Assembly: GCA_036172245.1 (NCBI GenBank)
Contig: JAYWIR010000036.1
Location: 124,001-188,000, forward strand
DNA from: Raillietiella orientalis
Lineage: Eukaryota
Direction: 5' to 3'
DNA: 64,000 nt
This document shows, piece by piece, positions 11,750 through 23,100 of the stretch (its first letter is position 1; each line of letters opens with the position of its first letter). The notes below the pieces were generated by a model. The model did not search any database. It saw nothing but the letters and a program-made list of their open reading frames with translations, and was not told where the DNA came from. The position numbers were made by a program, and so were the translations under genes.

Positions 11750-14050
11750 CCTCTTAACAGCCCGTCCACGCAAGAGCACGAGTAGAGTCATCGAGTCCAA
11801 GGAGGAGGAGGAATTTCTCTCCGCTGAGCACACGACTGGCAGGGCTTTCGCGATTTTCGGGATTCTGAGGCATTCCCGAACTACCACACCTGACACAGCC
11901 CCAGAAATAGGCCGAGACTCCTGCACCCTGCGCGCTTCTTTTCCGATACAGAATGAAGGTTCTTATCCATGAGAGAAAGCGGGTCGTGCATCGTCCAACG
12001 TCGTCATCTTCAAGAGAAGTCTAGGTAGAAATTGCAGCAGGAGAACAAATAGGAAGATTCCTTCTGTGCCACATTAGTTCGTGATATGGTAGAGTTTGTG
12101 TCCTTAAGCTTTAGCTCGCGCTCAAAACAGAGTCATTCGAAATGCCAAAACAATGCAGGGAATGGAAAAGAGGAAGAAAATAGGGGCTTCTCTTTTGCTA
12201 TATTCTAGCAAGACCATATAATTGGATGCCTGCTAGAATGGATGAGATCTAGAATTCATCTACCGAATCCGAACCAAATAGATGAAACATCTGAAGCATC
12301 ATAAGAAATAGCCACACGAGTATCACGGAAGGAATGAACCATTGTGGAAGTTCATTTTGCTTCTGTGCTCTTCTTACATCTTCCTGTTTCACCCACCTCT
12401 AAACGAAAGCGTGAGCCTGAGGCTGGCACATCACCCAAGCGTTGCTAAAAGACCAAGGATGAGGAAAAAAGAAAAATCTAACGTAGTCTCTGGATGCGCT
12501 TCCCACTGCTCGCGAAGAACCCTTGCTACCTCAGACAAGTCCACTGCCTTGGGAGCGCAGGGATTCCTCCCTTCTTTTTGATCGCGTGAATTCGGCAACG
12601 GGCAGCCTGGTCCAGCCGTAAGTTTTGCCGAGTGATCGAGCTCTTTGCATAGAGTTCGCCGCAGGTACATAATCGAGGAAGAGGAAGTTAATGAACGGCA
12701 ATGGAAGGAAAGGGAGGCCACGTCCCAGCTGCAGACATCTGCACAAGGCCACTGAGGACGAAAACGGGAAATGCTGTTTTCAGAGCGTCTCCCAAACGTC
12801 CATTAGGTGTGTGGAAAGATCGGATCGCATCAACTTTTAATCTTTGACTTTTCATGCCTCCGTGACCCGTGGTTTTCGTTTGCAAGCAAAGGGGTGTGCG
12901 GCTCCTGGAATCAGCCGCTTGCTTCCAAGCTCCATAGTAGGTACTATCCGACAGCAGTCTGATTGCTGAAGACCACCACTCTAGCACTGGCTGGAGTGGC
13001 ATCGGTCTCTTTCTGCAACTTCACTCTCTTCTGAAAGCATGTGGTGAATGTCCAAACACTCCCTTTGCACACAAAAAACTTGATAGTGGTACCCGAGGGG
13101 AATGGACAGAGAAACACCGTTTTGTTTCTTCGCTGCGGATTCTCTTCCTAAAGCACGCCGCCCTCGAGAAGCGCGTCATCGTCAAGCAAGCTGATTACAA
13201 TTCGAACAAGGGTGAGTCTTAAGAGTGAGGGTGTTTTGACCCCCATTTAGAGAGCAGCACTTCAAGAGCAGCCAGCTCCAGAAAGACTAGAGAATCATCA
13301 TCCTGGAAGCCCTTTATCTGCATGGCATTCGATAATTTCATCTCAGGAGTGACTCAACCCCTCCCCTCCCAAATCCGTCCATTTGGACGGCACATAATAG
13401 TATGCTTTTTGTTACTGTTGTTTCAGGAATCTGTACTCTTGCAACATTTGCAACTTTGAGTGGCTTCTTCCATAGATCCACCAGATTCTGCAGCTCCAAA
13501 CTCGACTGTATCCTTTCCGCTTCCCCCCTCCTCCTCCCATTCTCTGTTCTGACTCGTTTCAAATCCCATATCATAATTTCTGACTATGATGTGCACCCTC
13601 ATCACTTTACCGGAGCTGGTAAGGGACCGGGATTGAGCAGCACATTTCCCACGCCGTCCTTTTCTGCAGTTCCATCCCGTCGGTTCGCACATACTCTGGC
13701 AACCTCGTGCTCTGCCACCTGTCCTGCTTGTCTTTTCTAATGATGTTCGGTTGTCGATTCTCATCCCTAAAAGTGTAGCAACCGAACCGCTCTCTCGCAA
13801 ACCCAGCTAAACGGAAGCTTCGACCAGCTGATGGATCCTTTCAAAACTTCTGAGGTTCCTTCTTCGGGAGCTCTAGTCACTCCGCGCGCCGCAAATGATC
13901 CCAGGCACCACCCACCAAGCTGTACACCAAGCGAGTTGGCTTTTCAGCATGCCACTGCCGACTTGAACTCGGGAAGAGCTCGCTTGACGGCGAAAACCAC
14001 GGCGCCCATTCGAGCGGAGGAGCAGCGATAGAAGGAACAGAGACTTCTCC
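11750..14050 (-). mobile_element. Decayed hAT transposase (BED-like, core, dimerization remnants)
   Basis: In the expected N-to-C order on the minus strand: LVYS..GG.WDHLRR (about 13890-13930), NLVDLWK (about 13470), QPVLEWWSSAIRLL (about 12960-12995), IPKIAKALPVVCSAERNSS (about 11810-11865). Confidence 0.4.
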
Positions 14051-14249
14051 GACAGCACTCCCTGAGTTTCCTTGACACGTGCTCAGCACGGTGTGCAGTC
14101 TCGTGAGTTTCCGTCCGTTTTGCGGTCTGCCTGCACGGCCATCTGCAGGAGACGATCGTTCTGCGTCCCAGAGCTGCCCACCTCGCTAACGTTCACTCCT
14201 TCCCGAAAGTGAATGGCAAACCGAAATCGGGTCCAGACTCCGGCTTAAT

Positions 14250-15400
14250 CGTAAACCGGATCTGATTTGCTGTCCTTGCAAAGCGTAGCGTATGGCTCGC
14301 GTTTCATGCGGGGTAGATTCCTCAGAAGATAACCGAGACTAATTGGATCCCTCACCCGTTCCGGCAGCAGCGCTTCGAATAATGCAAAAAAAAAAAAAGT
14401 ATACAGATGATCATCTTCATCGGCTCCTCCTTCTCCACATTCCCACATTGATTCTCGAATCTCTCCCCCAGTCCTATTTTCCGACCGTACTGCGAAGCCT
14501 GTCAGAGATGGATAACTTGTGGACGTTTCGTAAATGGGATTTCCTCCCGAACCCAAGAAGTTGTGAACGCAGCTCAAAACCCTCGTGGCTGACAGCAAGA
14601 TTCTGAAATGTTTGCTCTTCTCGACCCCGGAAGAACAACGGGAGCGACCGCAGAGGTGTCACGCGTTCGGAAGGGTGCTGCTGTAAGGCTGCCAGGAAAA
14701 GTGAAACGAGAGCACGCTGATTTATCTCCTGTGCACCCAGATTCCGTACCATCTCTTGATTTCCATTTCCGGAATGCATGTGCTTCCGGATCCGAAGTGC
14801 AGAGAGTGCTAAAAACCTCCAGTGTTCTTCGGGAGAAAGAAAGTTGATGTGAGTTTTTTCTGTTCTAGTTTCAAAGGCTTTCTGAAGCCTCTAAAGTCTC
14901 TTCGATCCCTTGACTAAAAGTCTTTTTCTTTCTTTCTTTTTCAAGTTCTGCAGAAGCATAAAATGAGAGATTATTCCTCTTTTGTTTCATATCCCAGAAA
15001 CACCATTTTATTTGGATTCAAGAAGGCTGTGATGCATCCTCAGAGTCCGCAGAAGGGAGCAACTGATCGCGCTGCGGGATGGGCGTGACAGCGTGGCGCT
15101 CCCCAATCACGGACGAATTAACAAAAAGGTAAATCAAAGTGAACTTCAGTGAGTTCCCCTGTGGGGAAGGAGAACTGCACCGTACAGCTTGGGCAGTGTG
15201 AAAATTTTGACTCCCACGAGGAAGGCGATGAGTAGGATGGCTGGAGCAAAGCCTGCTTGTCGAACTCCGGACCCCCGCACCCCCCACAGAGGGTGCGTGA
15301 CAGTCTCGGCTCGATCTCGGAACCCTTGATCTTCGGTGTTACAAGCGAATTCTTCAGCATAAGGAGCGCGGAGCAGCGCAATGGTGCCGTCCCTCGATAC
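14250..15400 (-). mobile_element. Possible CACTA/EnSpm transposase relic
   Basis: DKQALL...HCPSCTVQ followed by LYTFFFFALFEALLPERVRDPISL; loose resemblance only. Confidence 0.25.
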
Positions 15401-18099
15401 CCGAGTTCTTCTAAACAAACGGAGGTTCCCCGTTCTCACTCTCCGCGACACTCCAAAGAAGCGGAGCTCTGACCTCCTTACGTTGGGGCCAATGAGCCCC
15501 TATCCGTTCAAATACGAGGGTGCGATTTCGGGAGGAGTGCCGTCTCTCTTTGCAAGGTTTGCTGCTAAGAAGCATTTCCGAACGTCGTTTGATCTCTTCT
15601 CCCGAGAACCCTTGGAATTCTTAACTGCTGCTGCTGATGATCCCGCCGTTCCTTTTCACAGAAACCTTCTTTGAGCATCAGCAGGCATTCTGACACGACT
15701 GCCCGGCGCTCCTCCTTTCTTCTCCTCGTTTCAAAGGAAATTCACTCCGACCGAGTAGAATCTACGCTGTGACATTGCAATCGAACTTTTGTCACGAACT
15801 TTCCCTTCTTTGTTACATCTTAATTGACGTTTCTGCTACTCGCCTCTTTGGAAACTTGCAGCTAAGACTCCACGCAAAAAGGAAGCCGGACTTTGTCGGT
15901 CTGGCTTCCTTGACTTGAGCTGAACAATAGATCCTAAAAACAGCCCCTCTAAACATCATTCATTTACGCTACATCATTTACGCCCTTTCCCCATTTTCCA
16001 CCTCTCCACAGCTTATAATAGAGTACCTAACTTTATTTTTATAGTAGCAACTTAATCTCATATTCAGCAAACCCGAAACTTTAACTAACCAAAGCAAAGG
16101 ATGTGATCGTATTCATCCATTTCTTATATTTGGAAGACATTGCTAACTTTTAATAACCGGCAAGATTTTAGGGCAACTGTCTATTCATTGCATTCAACAT
16201 TAATGCTGCTTACCCATGCATTCTTAAAATCTTCACATGGAAGGCATAAAATCAGAGCAAATTTAGCAGCAGTTCCAGCACGGTCTAATATAAATCTCCT
16301 CGTAAATTCCTGCCACTCGAGTCCTAGGCTTATCAGCAAAGTCACTCTTCGTTTTCAGCAAAACATTCCACGCTAGCCGATTCTCGCTTCCTTGCTTGGA
16401 TTTTTTTTCCATTCATTAGAAGGCTCGGAATGAAATTCTTCCTTTGTAAACATTCCGATTCAATTTGATTTCCTTCTTTTCTTTTCTTTTTTTTGGGCAA
16501 CGGTATAATTCTGACATAATTTACTTGAGAAGTGCTTTGAAATATAACAAGTGTTTTTCACAGGGACTTATCATCGACCCTTATCAAAGTATAGGATGTA
16601 AATATGTAATGATCTTAAGTGTGTGCTGTCCAGGAACAAATCCATTCATGTCCCATTCTCTGTTTTGGAAATACAATTATGCCCGTGATATATACCGTCA
16701 CTTGAAAACTGCCCGAAAGAATGACGTACAATGTGCTACTCTTAATGCAAACCAGTACACCCATGAAGCAGGGAATCAAATTCCGAATTGCAAAATGAAG
16801 TTTTAAACGAAGCTGAATAGGATAAGATGATTTCATTTCTCGGCATTCCCTAAGTAAAAGCCGCGGGGCACACACGTTTCATCGCGAAACGTCCATCATC
16901 CTTAATTCTGGTTCGCGCTCTTTCGTGTACCGTGTTTCATAAACACTTTCGGAACCTTCCTTTCCATGTCCGCTTTAGTAGATCGCCTCGGTTTGAAGCT
17001 TTTTTTTTTTTTTTTCTTAAAGGAAAAAAAGGCCGAATCGGATCTTTTTCCCTCGCTAAACGAGTAATTCACCTTAAGAGACAAAGGGTTTCTCTGATGA
17101 AGATATCGCGCTTCACACCATTGCTGGATTGCTCTGAGATAAGCTCAGTTCCGGGCTAATGGGGCCCACGCCCCATGCATGATTCTCCTCTTTTAAACCC
17201 TCATCACGTTTTGGAACTGCTCCTTTTTTCCTTTTTCTTTTTTTTCCTCTCTCTTTTCACCCTCCTCCCCGATCCGCGATTTATCTCCGAGGTGTGTCTA
17301 ATCCCTCGGTGCCCACGACCGCCGGTCGGAATGGCCTCGGGACAAGAACTGCGTCCACCTCTTCGCCGTTTTCCGCTACCTCCTCCTCCCATCCCTCCTC
17401 TTTTCCTCCCTTCCTCCTTCCCCGTTCGCGTTCGCAACCGGGAAGATGTCTGCGCTGAACCGAGAATTTGAGAAGGAAAGGGGCCTATGGTATCCCGCGT
17501 CCCGAAGGGTGCCTTTCCCCCTCCCTCTGGAAGGCACCCTGAGGCATCTCTGCCTGCCTCTACCTTCCTCCTCCTGCGCTGCGTTTCAACACATCCTGCG
17601 AGGTGCGCGGGCGGGCAGGGGGACGGCGGCTATGCCCTCGAGCCTCAGAAGAGGGTGCGTGGGCCCAGAAGCAGCGGACCCTCCGCGGGCCCAGCTCGAA
17701 AGTTCCGGAGGGCGGCAAAGCCGGGAAGACCTCGGCGGGAGCGGCGGCGGTGCGCGCTTTCCTCGCTTATGGACGCGAGGAAAACGCGGAGGAGACTTTT
17801 GACCTTCCCAGACGCCTTCGAGGCAGCAGCCTCCCGAAAGGGCTGACTGTAGGGAGAGAGAGGACCTGGGATGGGGATCCCTAGGATACTTGGGACTCTC
17901 CTTCGACCTGGTTCTTCCAGGGAGACGCCCCCGCTTAATCCCCCACCTTCCAGCGCATCCTCTTCGCTTTTGCTTTTTTTTTTTTCGGTTCGTAGGGGTG
18001 AGGACGTCTCGTGGTCGCCTCATCCCCTCCCCCCCAATGACCCCCGAACCCTTCACTCTTCCTCTTGCTCGCGTCTTCGAACCGGCAGCTCCCGTTCGA

Positions 18100-19250
18100 T
18101 GCGCCTCGCTTGCTCTTCGTCTTCTCCGACCTCACCCCCACCAGAGCTGATCCAGTCGGCTGGGTCTGACCTTTGCGAAAGAGATGGTGCGAGCGTCTCG
18201 CCCCCGTGGATGGAGGGGACCCCTCCACATCCCTCCCCTTTTCGAAAACGCGCGTGGCTGTTCCCCCTGCTCCTCCTCCGGATCAGGCGCCACCCCCTCG
18301 CCCTCGAATGGCCCCGATGTCACCGTCTCGCGTACCGGAAGGCGGCCCTAAGGGCACCCCAGCGCCCGCTGCGGGGACGGGAGTCCGGAGATCCAGGGTT
18401 CCACCCCTATCCCCGCGTCTGAGAGGGTGCGGCGCCATCTTTGCCTCCATCCTGCACTCCTCCAGACATGCGCTCGGGACGTGTCGTCTTCAGCAACCGC
18501 CGGGGAGGGGCTGACCAGTCGGTCCAGACGCAACTCAGCTGTGGGACACGAAGCGAGAAGGGGGGGGAAACCATGACGTCCCGAACCCACGGTGCTGCCG
18601 CTGCTCCACGTGCACACCCTGTCGGCCGACGTCCCGATGGAAGGTGGCGCCCGGGAAAGTGGCGTTCCACGGCGGCACGGAAGCCGCCGCGGAGCGTTCG
18701 CTCCCTCGCAGCCTCTCAGAGGGTGTCCCGCGAGGACTCCTGGACCGGGGACGGCGACCTCAAGGTCACCTCGCCGAAGGAAGCGCGCAGCCTATGCTCC
18801 CTGGTGTGGCTCGGCGGCCAACCGGGTCAAGGATCCGCCCGGTTAACAGGTCGGGGAGGAGGGGGGCTGGCCCCACGCTCAAGGCGGCGGGAGGAGGAGG
18901 AACCCATTCCTCGGCTTCCATTCCAAAGGCACGACCCCCCTGGAAGTGGTCGTCGCCTCCTCGTCTTCCGCGACCCCTCCTCTCCTGGGAGGTCGTCCGG
19001 GGCGAGGTGGGTTCGCCTCGGAGCCTCTGCGGCCTTCGTTTCCTGAGTGCCTTCCCGGCTCTTGGAAACTTGCGAGCACCCCCGGTCAGGAGAGCCGGCC
19101 ATGAAGTTCCTCGTGAGGTCAGGAGGCTAAACTCGCCCAGGGGATCAAGCGTCCTGCGGAGCCTCTCCCCTCCCCCTGCGGCGGGAAGGGGCGGGCAGCG
19201 AGGTCGACCTCAGGCATCGCTCGTGAAAGGCGAGTCGCCCATCGCCGCCT
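18100..19250 (+). mobile_element. Possible L1/Tx1-like RT relic
   Basis: Weak motif echoes across frames (LIQSAGSDLCERDG; SVLRSLSPPPAAGRGG). Confidence 0.25.
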
Positions 19251-19711
19251 CTGGGGACGGCCGGGAGGGAGTCCTGCCGCGTCAGTCAGAGAACCATCCG
19301 CTGGAGGATCGTTGCCTGGGAAACGGGGGGGGGAACAACCCACCAGAGGAGACTCCTTCCCGGCTCTTGAAGAGAGCCGGCCTGGGAGAAGGACTGCGTC
19401 TCTCCTTCTCCTGCCCCCTGGGGGGAATCGACGGGCGAGGGAGTCTCCCCGCACACCGATGGGGGGGGGAGATCCCACGGACTTCCGGGATTTTCAGAAG
19501 TCCCGAAAGGGGGCTCTCCCGGACGGTTGAGGGCAGACAGGCGAGGTTCACTTCCATTCCTTCGGGAGTCCGGCCGGCGTCCGCGACCTCCCGCTGCCTC
19601 GAGGAGCTCCGCAGTCTCTCTCACCCGTCCTCCTACCCCCCCATGCTGACAGCCGGTCAGCGCCCTCCGGCGGGGCGGAGGGGGAGGCGCCGAGATGAAT
19701 CTGGGACGCCT

Positions 19712-20104
19712 TTATTGCGAGAGGAAGAAGGGGAGTGGAGCGGGGCCGAGGAGGGGTCGTCGTCCTTCTCTTTTGGCTTCCCTAGGCAGGGGCGGAGAGG
19801 ATGGGGGCGCCGCCTCCGGGAGCGGGTCGGGGCAATCGTCTGGTCCGGCGAGGCGGCGGCGGAGGGTGGCCCGGAGGAGGAGGGAGGGGGCGAGGAGGAG
19901 GAGGAGGAGGGACGTCCGCGCCCTCTCCCTCACCGCCGCAGACCGGCGGCCACCCCCCGCCCGGGAGACGGTCCTCCGTGGAAGCTGCACGTCTGCCATC
20001 TTGATGACTGAGACGACTACGTCGGTGTGCGTCCGGGGGTCCCTGCCGTTGATCATGTCCCTGACACGCAGCAGCGGCGGCCCACAGGCATCGCCACTGT
20101 CGTC
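19712..20104 (-). CDS. Gfrl: Gfrl terminal coding exon
   Basis: tttccag|GAC; DACGPPLLRVRDMINGRDPRTHTDVVVSVIKMADVQL, then hydrophobic SLLLLLLAPSLLL. The TAA overlaps AATAAA at 19711-19716. Confidence 0.75.
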   Translation of the reverse strand, partial: DDSGDACGPPLLRVRDMINGRDPRTHTDVVVSVIKMADVQLPRRTVSRAGGGRRSAAVRERARTSLLLLLLAPSLLLRATLRRRLAGPDDCPDPLPEAAPPSSPPLPREAKREGRRPLLGPAPLPFFLSQ

Positions 20105-23100
20105 CTGGAAACGGGCTGGCTGGCTGGCTGGCGAGAAGAAGCGCGGAGGCGCTCACCCGTGTTCCCTGCTGCTGCTCCTCTGCCTCCTCCTCCCACACTC
20201 CGCCGAACGAGGAGGCGTTCCGGGATACCCGCCGCGGCGCCCTTTCGACCACCGCCTGGATCACCAGGTTGTCCCGCAGCTTGGCGCGCAGCTTCAGAGA
20301 GCAGGAGCTCTGGAAAAAGGGGGAGAGGGGGTCGGACGCCGCCCCGTCGGGGTCGCCACTCACCGACTGAGGGCCGTAAGAGCGGACCAACTGCTCTAGA
20401 CGCGCCACGGCGTCGTCCACGTGGAGCCGCGTCCTGGCGCCCAGGACGTCTTCGTCGGCCGAGCTGTACCCCAGGAACAGGAAGGACCCTTCGCCAACCC
20501 GGAATTCCCCTGGGAGAACGCGGGGCTCGCGTTCGGCCGAGGGAAGAAAGGAGAGGGATGGGCGGCAGAGGAGGGTACGCTTCAAACGCCTTACCCTTCC
20601 TTCCTCCCCCTCCGCCCCTCCCCTACCGTCCCGCTGACGTTACCTGGGTGCGGCCTGGCGCAGACGAAGCTGCCGGCGTAGCAGACGCACTCGCCGCGGA
20701 AGGCCTGGAAGCTCGGGGCGCCGTGGGAGTAGAGGGCGTGGCCGGAGCGACAGGGAGCCGCGCCCACGCAGACCTCGCTGCAGACGAGCTGCTCCTCCGC
20801 CAGGCAGTAGCAGAGGTCGGAGCACTCGGCCCGGGAGTCGTCCTGCAGCTGCCTCCGCCCCGTTGGAAGAACGGAAGACTTCGGAGACGAAGCGGAGAGG
20901 GGGAGGAGGAAGAAGAAGAAGAAAGGAGGAAAAAGATGAAGACCGGAGGCGGAAAGGGAGAGAAAGAGAGCAAAAGGAACGAAGGAAGGAAGAGGGAAAA
21001 GTGAAGAAAGAAGAGGGAAGTAGGAAATGGAGGAGGAAGGAAGGAGGAGGATCAGGAGGGAGTGGAGGGGTGAAGGTTCCCTGCGCTCGCGCTCCGCAGA
21101 CTCACCCGGATGCCGGATCCCTCCGTGATGACCACTCCCTGGTCCTCGAGGAACGGCTCCTTGGACACCGTGCACAGTCCTGAAGGTCCAATTGGGAGGG
21201 AGCTACGGAGTGCGGGAGGGGGGCGGCAGGAGGGTACGCACTGTGGGAGGTCGCCTGCCTGGAGACGGCGCCAGGGTCACTGCCGACGCCGTCCGCAGCG
21301 ACGGACGTTGCCGCCGCTGCTGCCGCCGCTGCCTCTGTCTGCTGGAATAGCAGCCCTTCCAGGTGCCCGATGAGGGACTCCACTGTGGGAAGAAGGGGGT
21401 GAGGGGCTGCAGCAGGAAGAGGGCGATACTCGGCAAGAGAAGAGAAAGGAGTGGGAGGAGACCGGGAGGGGTCGAGGAGTAAGAGGGGCGGGGACAGCGA
21501 CTTACCCACGCAGGAGTTGGCCCAGACCACGCGCTGCCAGCCGACACACTGGCGCCACCGCGTGGCATCGGAGGCGCTGCAGCCGCACCTCGTACGCAGG
21601 CGTGTTCCCAGGACGCCGGCGACCGCCCTCTGGCAGCCGTGCGAGGGGCCCGCGCAGCGCAGCGTGTCGACGTCCACGGCGCACGCCCGCTCGAAGGTCT
21701 CCATCTGCTTCCTGCCGTCCCCAGAGGGGATGGAGAGGGCGTGAGTGCCTTCCACCCTCGGGGGTTGACCGCCCGCCCGCACCCACCTGCATCCCAGGGC
21801 GTCATCCTCGTCCCGCCTGCATGCCGCGGCCACCTCGTCGCACCTCTCCTCCTCCTCGTGGCCGGAAGGCGCCCGGGAGACGCCCCTCACGGCGCAGTCG
21901 GGGTGAAGCTTGCTCTGCGCCAACGCGCAGGGATCCCAACTCTCGTTGGCAGCCCTGGGAGGGAGGCACGCAGGTGAAGACTCCCCGTAGGGCACACCGC
22001 GCTCTCACCGCCCTCACGGAGACCCCTGTCCCTGCTCCTGGAACGCTGGCTGACGGGTCAGCTGTCCCCCTCTCCCCTTCCGACCTGCGGCAGGCAAGAC
22101 GGGACCAAGGAGGCAAGTCGCGGAGGGGGGGGAGTGGGTGGTGGATGGGGGCACCCCAGGCAGGGACTAGGCGGTGGAGGGGGGTGGCCAGAGTGGGTGG
22201 TGGGTGGTCTTCATCCCCCGCCCCCACGAAGTCCTCTTCCTTTCCCGCCCAGACCCCCTGCTGCAGGCGAGCTGTTCCTCCGCCAGGAAGCAGTAGAGGT
22301 TGGTCGAGGTGCTTCGCCCGGGGGGGGCTCGCAGCTGTCTCCTCCCTGTCGGAAGAGGAGGATCCCTCCCATCCGCGTCGCATCGCTTGCTGACTTCCAG
22401 CTGTGTGCCTCGAAGGCGTGTCCAGAGCGAACGTGTCTTGGTGGCAGGAGGAGAGATCGGGAGGTGACTCTTAACTCTCAGGAAAGCTGCAGGAGCAGGA
22501 AGCCCGCGCGGCAGCAGTCGTCCTCCTCCTCATGGTCCAGTGATATCCTCTGGCGTCCTCGTCCTCCTTACCTCAGGGCCCAGGTGGGTGCCGCCCGGCA
22601 CGGAGAGCCGGCCCGCCAAGCGGTGGTACTCCGTGCCGGAAAGGAAGGCCTCAGAGAGCCGCCACAGGCATAAGAGCCTGGGGGCGTGCAGCCGGCTGCC
22701 ACAGGAGGCCGTTCCACGGCCCTACGCGGCAGACGCGCACTGGCGCTCCCCATTCTGGCCCCGTACTGGAACGCTGGCGCTCTCCTTGGAAAAGGAAAAG
22801 CGATGGGTGCGGATGGGGTCGAGCAATAGACCCTTGCAGAGTAGGGGAGGGGGCGGACACGTGCTCCGCAGAAGAGAGCACGTGACCGGGAAACCCACGG
22901 CTCGCGGAAACCTACACGGCTGTAACTTGAGGAAGAAGGGAGGACGAGGAAAGTGGCCAGAGGCGGGGAAGGTGGGGGCTGGAGCTCCCAGGGTGGAGCA
23001 CCCAGGACGATGGGCCGGAAAACTCCTCTGTCGTGGGAGGTGAAGCGAGAAAGTAGAGAGAGGACCGCCGCTTGCCACACACCGTGAAGGTCGTCGATCC

